Positions 1-8,298 of a DNA stretch of 64,000 nucleotides are shown here, one piece after another. Source of the stretch: Escherichia coli phage vB_EcoS_Ace; the sequence record MT833283.1. One strand, 5' to 3'. The stretch's first letter is position 1. The number at the start of each line of letters is the position of its first letter. The translations under genes were made by a program, and so were the position numbers. The notes under the pieces are model-generated. The model searched no databases. It worked only from the letters and a program-made list of their open reading frames with translations, and had not been told where the DNA came from.

Positions 1-33
1 TCGCATAAAGCCCTCCTCACTTTCAATACGAAT

Positions 34-62
34 ATTATACTAAATTCGAGGGCTTTAAGCAA
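34..62 (-). promoter_or_regulatory. Early sigma70-type promoter (TTGCTT-N17-TATAAT) reading leftward out of the window
   Basis: Reverse strand reads TTGCTT, 17-nt spacer, TATAAT, followed by GAGGAG RBS and an ATG near position 4-6; coordinates +/-2 nt. Confidence 0.5.
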
Positions 63-82
63 GTGAATTTTTAAATTATTTA

Positions 83-571
83 TTACATCTCAGCAAGTTC
101 TTGCTCAGTAATTACAGTATTGCATAGAGCATCAACTTCTTCATTACCACGAATACCTGAGTGACCTTTAACCTTAACAAAGGTTGGATTGGTATCATGG
201 AAGTTAATATACTGTTGAGTTAGTTTAAATGCTTCTTGCCAGAGTTCTAGATTAAGAGGAGTTTCACCATCTCCCTTCTTCCAGCCTTTCTTCTGCCAAG
301 ACCACATCCAGCTTTCCATACCATTTTTGCAGTAAGCAGAATCAGTGTAGATAATTACTGGACGATTATCTTTCTTAGTAGACCAACGAAGAACTTCTAC
401 AATTGCAGTAAGTTCCATTTCGTTATTAGTAGTTTTAGGGCTGAAGCCAGATTTAGAGCCAATACGATCATCATTATCATTATAGACAACGAATCCCCAC
501 GCACCTAAACCAGGATTGCCTTTACATGCACCATCTGTATATATGTGGAAAACCGACATTATTTGCTCCAA
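83..571 (-). CDS. rnh: Ribonuclease H
   Basis: 162 aa; N-terminal YTDGAC..GNPG and C-terminal VKGHSG..GNE..D motifs of the RNase H fold. Confidence 0.8.
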   Translation of the reverse strand: MEQIMSVFHIYTDGACKGNPGLGAWGFVVYNDNDDRIGSKSGFSPKTTNNEMELTAIVEVLRWSTKKDNRPVIIYTDSAYCKNGMESWMWSWQKKGWKKGDGETPLNLELWQEAFKLTQQYINFHDTNPTFVKVKGHSGIRGNEEVDALCNTVITEQELAEM

Positions 572-828
572 TCAATTTCAAGCCAAAAACCTTCACGTTG
601 CTCATACTTAGCTTCCACAACATAACCTAGTTTGCTAAGTTTTTGCATGACGCTATTTCTAGCGTTTTCTGAGTATTCAGTTAATCCCTGGATGTGACAA
701 TTAAATTCTTTATCTTTAATAGCTTTGTCAATCTCTACGGCAATAAGTGATTCTAGGTCAATTACTTCCTTTTTAATGCTAGCAATAGTATTTTGTTTTG
801 CTTCTAGAGCAGATAAAAGAATAGACAT
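559..828 (-). CDS. Hypothetical protein (89 aa)
   Basis: ORF overlapping the RNase H start by 13 nt (translational coupling layout); no recognisable motif. Confidence 0.4.
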   Translation of the reverse strand: MSILLSALEAKQNTIASIKKEVIDLESLIAVEIDKAIKDKEFNCHIQGLTEYSENARNSVMQKLSKLGYVVEAKYEQREGFWLEIDWSK

Positions 829-830
829 AT

Positions 831-1409
831 TTATTCTCCAATTACTAAAACATCATGTTGAGAAGATACACCACACATATAATCTGCACAATGCGTAAAA
901 GCCAGATCAATGATTTCAAATATATCATCTACATCTAAATCTGTGGCTCGACAATACGCAATAGCTAAACCTGTACGAATACTGGAAAGTACATCTTCTC
1001 CTCCACAGCCTACACCGGCATATTCAACTTCTAGAATAGAAGCATTAGATTGGAAAATAAAGATTCTTCCTTTGTAGAGCATAATAAATTGTCCCAGATT
1101 AGGTTCAGCATATTTTTCATTTTTCTTTTCGCCAAAATCTTTCTGGTTAAACATATCACGTAATTTAGGTACTATTTCCGTGTATAAATATTTATCATCA
1201 GAAATATCTGCTAAACGTGGTGGTACAGTAAAGCTATGCTCTAGTAATTGTCCCATGTAGAAGGAACTAGTGTATCCGAAGTACAAATCATCAGAGATTT
1301 TGAATACTTTCGGATTTTTAACCAGCAGTTTCGTATAGCCATTAGAACCCATACGATCACCAGCTAAGTATACTTTATCTTTATATTTAAATGCTACTAT
1401 GGCTGTCAT
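831..1409 (-). CDS. Putative Ntn-hydrolase, HslV/proteasome beta-subunit-like peptidase
   Basis: 192 aa; Met-Thr N-terminus followed by AIVAFKYKDKVYLAGD, later GVGCGG; resembles HslV TTIV..AGDGQ and GSGG motifs; by-eye similarity only. Confidence 0.4.
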   Translation of the reverse strand: MTAIVAFKYKDKVYLAGDRMGSNGYTKLLVKNPKVFKISDDLYFGYTSSFYMGQLLEHSFTVPPRLADISDDKYLYTEIVPKLRDMFNQKDFGEKKNEKYAEPNLGQFIMLYKGRIFIFQSNASILEVEYAGVGCGGEDVLSSIRTGLAIAYCRATDLDVDDIFEIIDLAFTHCADYMCGVSSQHDVLVIGE

Positions 1410-1439
1410 TATTAAATCCTTCTGTCAAATTAGAAGTAT

Positions 1440-1468
1440 ATTATATTTAAATTTCACTCAGTAAGCAA
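1440..1468 (-). promoter_or_regulatory. Early promoter TTGCTT-N17-TATAAT embedded in a 15-bp perfect inverted repeat
   Basis: Reverse strand: TTGCTT, 17-nt spacer ACTGAGTGAAATTTAAA, TATAAT; precedes the 831-1409 gene. Confidence 0.55.
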
Positions 1469-1484
1469 ATGAAATTTAAATATA
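1442..1484. repeat. Perfect 15-bp inverted repeat TATATTTAAATTTCA / TGAAATTTAAATATA with 13-bp spacer
   Basis: Arms at about 1442-1456 and 1470-1484 are exact reverse complements; spacer contains the -35 hexamer of the promoter above. Confidence 0.6.
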
Positions 1485-1485
1485 A

Positions 1486-1503
1486 TAGCCCCGAAGGGCT
1501 ATT
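1486..1503 (-). terminator. Hairpin terminator candidate downstream of the membrane protein gene
   Basis: ATAGCCC-CGAA-GGGCTAT stem-loop followed on the minus strand by a T/A-rich run. Confidence 0.4.
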
Positions 1504-1507
1504 TGAA

Positions 1508-1861
1508 TTAGATTATAATCAAGATTATTAGGGCGTATGTCAGATAATGCAGTAACTGATCAAATCCTAAAGCTATCCAAAACTTAGCATCGCTTATAGC
1601 GTATTTACAGCGTTGTGCTTTCCAATAATCTATAATAAAGTGTAGAATTAATTCCATAATAGCTAAAGCTATAGACATTCCTGGTGATGTGAATAGGATT
1701 AGAATTGCAAATGTTAATCCAGCATGTACTAGCGAATGGGTTAATAATGGAAGTTTCCACCCTATTTTATGCGTCTTTCTTAGCATATATGGTGTTTGGA
1801 GTGGATAATCGGCCATAAAATGTTTTAGAAATAATATGACAAATAATAGTATAATTAACAT
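1508..1861 (-). CDS. Hypothetical integral membrane protein
   Basis: 117 aa, at least three strongly hydrophobic segments (LIILLFVILFL, LTFAILILF, ALIILIII). Confidence 0.5.
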   Translation of the reverse strand: MLIILLFVILFLKHFMADYPLQTPYMLRKTHKIGWKLPLLTHSLVHAGLTFAILILFTSPGMSIALAIMELILHFIIDYWKAQRCKYAISDAKFWIALGFDQLLHYLTYALIILIII

Positions 1862-1864
1862 ATG

Positions 1865-2719
1865 TTACACCGTAAATGGATATGCAATAGCAGGATGGTG
1901 TTCATAGCCACGAACAGTAAAATCATCCTTACTTACCCACGTTAATACATCATCCAAAGTTCTAATATTTGGATTGATTTCTAAAGTAGGAGGTGCAAAA
2001 GGTTCACGATCGAATTGCTTGTGCTCCATCAGAACATTATACTGATCTTCATAGATATGAAGATTAATAATCTTTTGACGAGCAATACCTGGCTTAAGAC
2101 CTGTAATCTGTGCCATAATAGCTAGAAGTGCATAGCATTGCACCATATTAAATACTTGGCCCAGCAAGAAATCATTAGACCTCTGGAAAGAGTTTAGGTA
2201 TAGTGTATCACCTAAAATAGAGAATTGATGGGTATGCATACACGGACGTAGGCATCCTTTACGAAATTCCCCAGGGTTCCAAAAAGTTAAAATTTCTCCA
2301 CGATCGTCAATCCCTCTTTTCAAATTATGATAGACTTTGGCTAACTGATCAAATACCATACCATCAGAATTAGTCCAATGACGTCCTTGAACACCATAAA
2401 CTCGTCCCATATCATCCTCGCCTTTACGGAATGGATTACCTAGCCAGGCAATATTTTCATTTGCATTAGCATTCCATGTATTAACACCAATAGCGCGGAA
2501 TTGTGCTGCTGAGTCGTACCCACGGAGATATCCGATCATTTCCATTATTGCTTGTTTAGCAAATGCTTTACGAGTAGTTACTAGCGGCAGTTCTCCTGCT
2601 CCTACGTTAAAGGTAAAGTCTGCATCAATAATGGTTAGGCAACGAACCCCTGTTCTAGGATTCGTTACCCATACACCCTCTTCAAGAATACGTTTTCCAG
2701 TTTCAATATATTGCTTCAT
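1865..2719 (-). CDS. thyA: Thymidylate synthase
   Basis: 284 aa; conserved ThyA blocks including the catalytic Cys region [10 protein letters not shown] and the C-terminal HPAI..FTV. Confidence 0.9.
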   Translation of the reverse strand: MKQYIETGKRILEEGVWVTNPRTGVRCLTIIDADFTFNVGAGELPLVTTRKAFAKQAIMEMIGYLRGYDSAAQFRAIGVNTWNANANENIAWLGNPFRKGEDDMGRVYGVQGRHWTNSDGMVFDQLAKVYHNLKRGIDDRGEILTFWNPGEFRKGCLRPCMHTHQFSILGDTLYLNSFQRSNDFLLGQVFNMVQCYALLAIMAQITGLKPGIARQKIINLHIYEDQYNVLMEHKQFDREPFAPPTLEINPNIRTLDDVLTWVSKDDFTVRGYEHHPAIAYPFTV

Positions 2720-3246
2720 TTAAATATCACCAATTCTTGTAAGAATGAAAGCGTTTTATCTGCATTCTGTCCTGCCACATAGTCCATTCTAGTTGCCATT
2801 GAATTAGTTAAAGTAATATGATGATGCAGATGTACATCAGCAGATAATGGTGTGGCTGAAGTAATAGTAGAGATATACGCCATATCTAGATGATTTTTGA
2901 CATACATTTCAAGAAGCAGAGTTGCTCCCCCTAATACTACAGTTACCTCTTCCTTGAGAAAATCAGGCAGACGGTATCCAATGTTGCTTATGCGTGTAGC
3001 TGATCCTACAGAGTTAGGTAGTGGTCTATTTGCATAAATAAATAGGTCAGAATCTCCTAGTATTCTTTTTTGCAGAGTCTCAGGGAAGGCTAACCAAGTT
3101 CCTGCTCCTACAATAATATTATCAGGTGCTAGAGAATCCAAAGTAGCATAGAAAGTATTTAGTTCTTCTTTGAAAGAACCCCAAGGGAGTTTACCATTGA
3201 GGCCGAACTCCCCATTCGGCCCAGTTGCATAGATTGCTGCTATCAT
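2716..3246 (-). CDS. frd: Dihydrofolate reductase
   Basis: 176 aa; N-terminal [22 protein letters not shown] matches the DHFR N-terminal NADPH/folate-binding signature; overlaps thyA start by 4 nt. Confidence 0.85.
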   Translation of the reverse strand: MIAAIYATGPNGEFGLNGKLPWGSFKEELNTFYATLDSLAPDNIIVGAGTWLAFPETLQKRILGDSDLFIYANRPLPNSVGSATRISNIGYRLPDFLKEEVTVVLGGATLLLEMYVKNHLDMAYISTITSATPLSADVHLHHHITLTNSMATRMDYVAGQNADKTLSFLQELVIFK

Positions 3247-4391
3247 TAGAACATGCCCTCAAATTCGTTACCCAGATCTTTCAGGGTATCAGCAGAAGTT
3301 TCAGTTACCTGACCCACACGATATGCTGCACCAATCTGGATTTCTTGTGGGGCAGGCTGTAAGGAAGTAGTATCCAGCCAGTTCATAATCCACGGAATAG
3401 GGTTCTTAGTAATTACAGGTAAGTGGCTTGGCCATTCTACACCAATGTGCATAAATGCGTTACGTCCTACAAAGTAAAGGTATTCTTCAAGCAGTTCTGC
3501 GTTCAAACCAATCAGACTACGGCCTTTAAAGATAAAGTGACCCCATTCAATCTCAGTTTTCAGAGTTTTTAGGAGTTGTGTTGGTGCTTTAGCTAATGCT
3601 TCATCTACCAGATCTTTATCAAACTGCTGGAACATAATCTGGATGATAGCTTTAGACATTTGAGTATGTAGAGCTTCATCTTTAGCGATTAATTGCAGGT
3701 TCTTAGCAATACCTTGCAGAATATCGTTCTCTGCTAGAGCAAAGGTACATGCAAAGGATGCGTAGAACTGCATTGCTTCTAGACCGTAGATTGCAAAGTA
3801 AGCGTCTAACAGTTTAGCCTGAGTTTCACGTTTAACTTCAGGGAACTCAGTTTCTGGATAAGTATTATCACCACGATGATCACGTACTGCAAGGAAATAC
3901 TGGCCTAACAGATACAATTCATCAAACAGTTCAACAGAATCTGCGATACGTGCAAATGCTTCTTGGTTTTTAGTTACAGAATCAATAAATTCTGCTGGAT
4001 CAGTCAGAACGTTACGAATAATGTTACTATATGCACGGCTATGCAGATCTTCGAAGTAGCTCCACTGCTTGAGCATACCCTCCAATTCAGGACGGCTTAC
4101 AAGCGGCATAATAGCTGCTTCAGGAGCACGGCTAATGAAAGAATCTGTTTGGGTCTGCCATGCTAAGTTCAGGAGAGTAATTTCCTGAATATCACGCGGA
4201 AGGTTTGGCCATTGTTTCTTATCAGCTTCCAGACTGATTTCAGTTTCAGTCCAAAATTGAGAACGTTGCAGAAGTGCTAGACGCTCAAGTTCAGGATGTG
4301 CTACACGAACGTAATCTGCGATACCAAGAGAATCGCCCAGGAAAAGGTCAGCGTTAGTATGATCCCAATTCAGGTTTAGTAAAGTAGTCAT
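3246..4391 (-). CDS. nrdB: Ribonucleotide reductase class Ia small subunit
   Basis: 381 aa; ferritin-like di-iron/tyrosyl-radical protein signature (FYASFACTFALAE, EALH), located next to nrdA. Confidence 0.9.
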   Translation of the reverse strand: MTTLLNLNWDHTNADLFLGDSLGIADYVRVAHPELERLALLQRSQFWTETEISLEADKKQWPNLPRDIQEITLLNLAWQTQTDSFISRAPEAAIMPLVSRPELEGMLKQWSYFEDLHSRAYSNIIRNVLTDPAEFIDSVTKNQEAFARIADSVELFDELYLLGQYFLAVRDHRGDNTYPETEFPEVKRETQAKLLDAYFAIYGLEAMQFYASFACTFALAENDILQGIAKNLQLIAKDEALHTQMSKAIIQIMFQQFDKDLVDEALAKAPTQLLKTLKTEIEWGHFIFKGRSLIGLNAELLEEYLYFVGRNAFMHIGVEWPSHLPVITKNPIPWIMNWLDTTSLQPAPQEIQIGAAYRVGQVTETSADTLKDLGNEFEGMF

Positions 4392-4422
4392 TGATTTTCC
4401 TCTTTCTCACTATTTCAGGAAT

Positions 4423-4451
4423 ATTATAGCAAATCTGGTAGCGATTAGCAA
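4423..4451 (-). promoter_or_regulatory. Early promoter TTGCTA-N17-TATAAT upstream of nrdB
   Basis: Reverse strand TTGCTA, 17-nt spacer, TATAAT, followed by an AGAGGAAAA-type RBS and the nrdB ATG. Confidence 0.5.
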
Positions 4452-4458
4452 GTAAAAT

Positions 4459-4490
4459 TTCAAAGAAAAAGGAGACCCGAAGATCTCCTT
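4459..4490 (-). terminator. Rho-independent terminator downstream of nrdA
   Basis: AAGGAGA-CCCGAAG-ATCTCCTT hairpin with flanking T-runs on both strands. Confidence 0.55.
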
Positions 4491-4497
4491 GTTTTTA

Positions 4498-6828
4498 TTA
4501 TAGGTTACAACCACCGGATGCACAACCTGCTGCTTCTTCACCAGCTCCACCACCATTTTCAGTGTTGAAGTTAGCGTAGTACCAAGTTTTCCAACCGTAC
4601 TTAACAGCAGTCATGAAATCACGAACTACTACTGGACCAGGAATGATTTCATTCTCAAACTTGGTGTAGTCATAGTACATATTCGTACTGATAGACTGAC
4701 TGAAAAATTTCTGCATGGTTGCTACCCATTTGATCCACTCGATACGATCTACATCATAAGCCAGTTTATAGCTCATTAATATATCCCAATCGGTTGCACC
4801 TGGAGCAATTGCAATTACTTTATTCACTGCACTACCCTTGATAGATACAATCTTACGAGGTGGTTCAATAGAGTTAGTAACACCTAGCAGTACAGAGGAA
4901 CTTTCACCCGGCATCTGAGCAGTCAGAACAGAGTTACGCATACCGTATTTCAGGATATCTGCACGCAGAGATTCCCAATCCATTTCTAGACCTACGGTTA
5001 CCAGTTCATCAACAGTTTTCTTGTACGTGTCGATTACCAGAGTTCCTTTGGATGGCTTAGTACGATTAAACCAGTCACATGCACCTTGTTCTTTAGCCAG
5101 ACGTACAGATGCTTTGTGCAGGAAGTAAGACAGTTTTTCAGCTTCACGGTGAATCCAGTTACGAGCTTCAACACCTTCGTAAGCCAAACCTTCTGCTGCC
5201 ATTGCACCTGCTGCGTTCATCAGGCCAATACCAACGTTTCGACGTTTCTTAGCCGTGTATTCCATAGTTGGGAATGGGTAATCCTGAATCTCGATGATTG
5301 TATCAACTAATTTCAGAAGGATGTAGCAAGTTTTCTCCCATTCAGCCAGAGATTCCATGCGGCCTAGTACAACACCACCTAAGTTACACAGAGATACTTC
5401 ACCAATATCTTCTGGACGCATATCGTCTAACTGATCTTGGGTTTTATACAGTTCCGTAATGTGATGGAATGGACGGGTTGGCTGAGTAATTTCAACACAA
5501 AGGTTGGTCATACGAATCGGGTCAAGGAAGTTACCATGACGGTTAGATTCACCAATGTGATGAGCATACATACGCCCTGTTTCCATACGGATACGTAACC
5601 AAGTATCTAGGATTTCTTTTGCAGAGATTCTAGGAGCTGCTGGAATTGTTTTTCCTTCGTGGTCGGTCTTTGTAAGAGATGCCACACGTTTCTCCGCTGC
5701 CACGTAGATTTCTTCAAACTTAGCCTCATCTTCACCATAAAACGCTTCATGAACTTCTGGTGCGTAGAAGTAGGACATTAGCGTAATATCTTCGTTTTTC
5801 AGGTAACGTTTTAACAGAAGGTTGTTAAAGCTCAGAGAATAATCCATCTTATCGATTTTATTCTCGTCTGTAGCACGTTGCTGCTTAACCTGCATCAACT
5901 GAATGATTTCAGGATCGAAGTATGGATAAGACACAGTAGCAGAACCGCCACGGGTTTGCTGAGTGTTAGCTTTTACTGAACGGTCAATGTGTCTATAATA
6001 TGGCAGTTTTCCGGAATGCGGGAATGCCCCATTTCGCACCGGATCAGCAATTGATCGGCTTTCAAGATGATACCCGATTCCCGCTCTGGCTGCGACCATT
6101 TTGAAGACGATATGCTCGGCTGTGTCGATTGAATCGAGGGTATCAGTACTATCAACAAGACAACAAGAAGCAAAACCGCGGTCGCTGCTCCTAAGACCCA
6201 CGAGAGGTGGAGTAGGAACGTTGATTTTGTGGAGCGACATTGCATTGTAGAGGTCGATTGCATCTAGAATTGTCCAGTTAGGTTGAGATAACATCGCCAT
6301 TGCCATACCCATGTAAGCAAACTGCGGGGTTTCATAAATTTCACCAGTTGCAATATTACGACGGGAATACTTGTCGAAGAACTGTTTCAGCCCACCACTG
6401 GTGAATAAACGATCGCGATCATGATCAATAACTTGATTCAGAGCATCAAACTGATCATCGCTAATCCATGCACTCATGTCTTCCCAAGCTCCAACACTAA
6501 CCATATGATCGTGGAAGAAACGCAGAGAAGGAGGCTCGAAGGAGTCATATAGACGTTTACGCATCTGCGCAAGACGTAATTCCTTAGCTGGCACATCATA
6601 TGCTGGGTTATCTTTGATAAGACCTTCAGCGGCTTTAATTAACGCATCCATTAGGGTGTCGGAGTCTACAACACCTTTAGGTAGAGTTTTTTGAGCAGCC
6701 ATAGTGATGGATGACCAGCTTACATCAACTGTTTTGCAGCCATACACTGCCCAACCATTGAGTTTTTCAGGAGCAAAGTCTTCTACAGTACCGTCACGTT
6801 TGATTACTTTTTCTATGCGATGGCTCAT
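4498..6828 (-). CDS. nrdA: Ribonucleotide reductase class Ia large subunit
   Basis: ATP-cone start MSHRIEKVIKRDGT, catalytic-site CNLG block, C-terminal Cys pair; track ORF extends to 6933 but the internal ATG at 6828 has an AGGAAA-type RBS and starts the ATP-cone. Confidence 0.9.
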   Translation of the reverse strand: MSHRIEKVIKRDGTVEDFAPEKLNGWAVYGCKTVDVSWSSITMAAQKTLPKGVVDSDTLMDALIKAAEGLIKDNPAYDVPAKELRLAQMRKRLYDSFEPPSLRFFHDHMVSVGAWEDMSAWISDDQFDALNQVIDHDRDRLFTSGGLKQFFDKYSRRNIATGEIYETPQFAYMGMAMAMLSQPNWTILDAIDLYNAMSLHKINVPTPPLVGLRSSDRGFASCCLVDSTDTLDSIDTAEHIVFKMVAARAGIGYHLESRSIADPVRNGAFPHSGKLPYYRHIDRSVKANTQQTRGGSATVSYPYFDPEIIQLMQVKQQRATDENKIDKMDYSLSFNNLLLKRYLKNEDITLMSYFYAPEVHEAFYGEDEAKFEEIYVAAEKRVASLTKTDHEGKTIPAAPRISAKEILDTWLRIRMETGRMYAHHIGESNRHGNFLDPIRMTNLCVEITQPTRPFHHITELYKTQDQLDDMRPEDIGEVSLCNLGGVVLGRMESLAEWEKTCYILLKLVDTIIEIQDYPFPTMEYTAKKRRNVGIGLMNAAGAMAAEGLAYEGVEARNWIHREAEKLSYFLHKASVRLAKEQGACDWFNRTKPSKGTLVIDTYKKTVDELVTVGLEMDWESLRADILKYGMRNSVLTAQMPGESSSVLLGVTNSIEPPRKIVSIKGSAVNKVIAIAPGATDWDILMSYKLAYDVDRIEWIKWVATMQKFFSQSISTNMYYDYTKFENEIIPGPVVVRDFMTAVKYGWKTWYYANFNTENGGGAGEEAAGCASGGCNL

Positions 6829-6949
6829 TTGGCTTTCCTTTTTGTAGTTATCAGGATTTAGGAAATAGTTTACTTTATTCTCAGTCATTTGGCAAATAAA
6901 ATTTTCTGATAGAAAAGGCCCGAGTATTTTCATACCCAGGCCTTCTATA

Positions 6950-7192
6950 TTACCAGTCTAGTTTTTCGGCTTGATTAATTACTTTTGCTTTCGCATTCGC
7001 CCTCAGAAGAATATCTACTGATGTTGAAAGTTCATTATAATTAAAAGGCCGATTTGGATTAGAGGCTACAATTTTCCACGCTAGGGTAGTCTTAGGACTT
7101 TCTTCCCCTTCCTTACGTGTAATCATATTAGCAGCACTCAGTGAAGTACGGTGGATCTTAGTTTTGCGGTGCAGATGTACGACGTTTCCCAT
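6950..7192 (-). CDS. Hypothetical protein (80 aa)
   Basis: ORF packed between phoH and nrdA on the same strand. Confidence 0.4.
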   Translation of the reverse strand: MGNVVHLHRKTKIHRTSLSAANMITRKEGEESPKTTLAWKIVASNPNRPFNYNELSTSVDILLRANAKAKVINQAEKLDW

Positions 7193-7193
7193 A

Positions 7194-7955
7194 TTACACC
7201 TTCCCCATATCCTTAAAGATATCGTAGAATGCTTTAGACTCTGGTGAGCGAACGTTGTCGATCAGTTCGATCATAGAGAAAGGAGAGTTTTCATACTTCT
7301 CATAGACTTCCATAAGAAGTGCTAGACCTGAATCACCCTTGATGTCTTTCTGAGCTATATCTCCACAGATAATTAAACGACAATCTTGTCCTACACGAGT
7401 CAAAAGACAGATCATTGCTTCAACGGAGATATTCTGAGCTTCATCGACAATTACATAGGAGTTGTTGAAAGTTCGGCCACGGGCATGTTCGATAGCCAGG
7501 AATTTGATTTTCTGACGTTCGACATATCCTTTGTAGGCATGATCACCGATTGCCCATTTCATACCATCGGCTATTGGTTCCAACCAAGGCTCTAGCTTTT
7601 CTGCTAGATCACCTGGGAGCATACCAAGAGATTTACCTAGAGGTTCGTTCGGACGCACGAGGATCACTTGCTCAATATCTGAGTGAATGTCTACGAGTTC
7701 CTGAGCTGCAAGAACGGATGGAATAAAGGTTTTACCAGTACCTGGTTCACCTATACCCACAGTCACTGTGTTGTTCTTGATCATATTGATATATGATTTT
7801 TGCTCACGGTTTTTACCAACTAGGGATTTAGCAACTGGATTGGCGTAATCACCAGAGAAATCTGCTTGAATTACGTTACTCTCGTACTTGTTGCCACGCT
7901 TTCTTGAACCATTGCGGTTCTCTCTTTTTTGACGTGCTTTTCCCATAAATAACAC
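7194..7955 (-). CDS. phoH: PhoH-like ATPase
   Basis: 253 aa; Walker A GEPGTGKTF and the conserved PhoH core that follows. Confidence 0.85.
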   Translation of the reverse strand: MLFMGKARQKRENRNGSRKRGNKYESNVIQADFSGDYANPVAKSLVGKNREQKSYINMIKNNTVTVGIGEPGTGKTFIPSVLAAQELVDIHSDIEQVILVRPNEPLGKSLGMLPGDLAEKLEPWLEPIADGMKWAIGDHAYKGYVERQKIKFLAIEHARGRTFNNSYVIVDEAQNISVEAMICLLTRVGQDCRLIICGDIAQKDIKGDSGLALLMEVYEKYENSPFSMIELIDNVRSPESKAFYDIFKDMGKV

Positions 7956-8019
7956 TCCTATAGTGTACTTCGCTAACAGAGGATCAACAAAAAGATCTTG
8001 TTTATCAACTTACAAATAT

Positions 8020-8048
8020 ATTATACCAATATATACGGGAGAAAGCAA
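8020..8048 (-). promoter_or_regulatory. Early promoter TTGCTT-N17-TATAAT driving phoH-nrdA
   Basis: Reverse strand TTGCTT, 17-nt spacer, TATAAT in the divergent intergenic region. Confidence 0.55.
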
Positions 8049-8240
8049 CTACAATTTTAAATAAGCCTATGATATTGCATTTAAATAAAAAATTTGCTTG
8101 CTTTTATTGGGAAATGTATGGTACTAGATAATCATTTTATATCGCGTACACGGGTGCGTGATTATACTATTTTTAGTAGAGGTTGGCAAATAAAATTTTT
8201 TGACTCAGATCAATTTACAGAATGTTATAGTAAAATATTG

Positions 8241-8269
8241 TTGACATCCGCCTTCGAATGAGTTATAAT
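8241..8269 (+). promoter_or_regulatory. Consensus sigma70 promoter TTGACA-N17-TATAAT upstream of nrdD
   Basis: Exact consensus -35 and -10 hexamers with 17-nt spacing, followed by GAAGGAGAG RBS and ATG at 8299. Confidence 0.7.
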
Positions 8270-8298
8270 AGTAGTCTTAGTTAGAGAAGGAGAGTATA

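Noticed and set aside
6829-6933. N-terminal 35-codon extension of the nrdA ORF
   Set aside because: No RBS at the upstream ATG and the extension is not part of the ATP-cone; the internal ATG at 6828 with an AGGAAA-type RBS is the likely start
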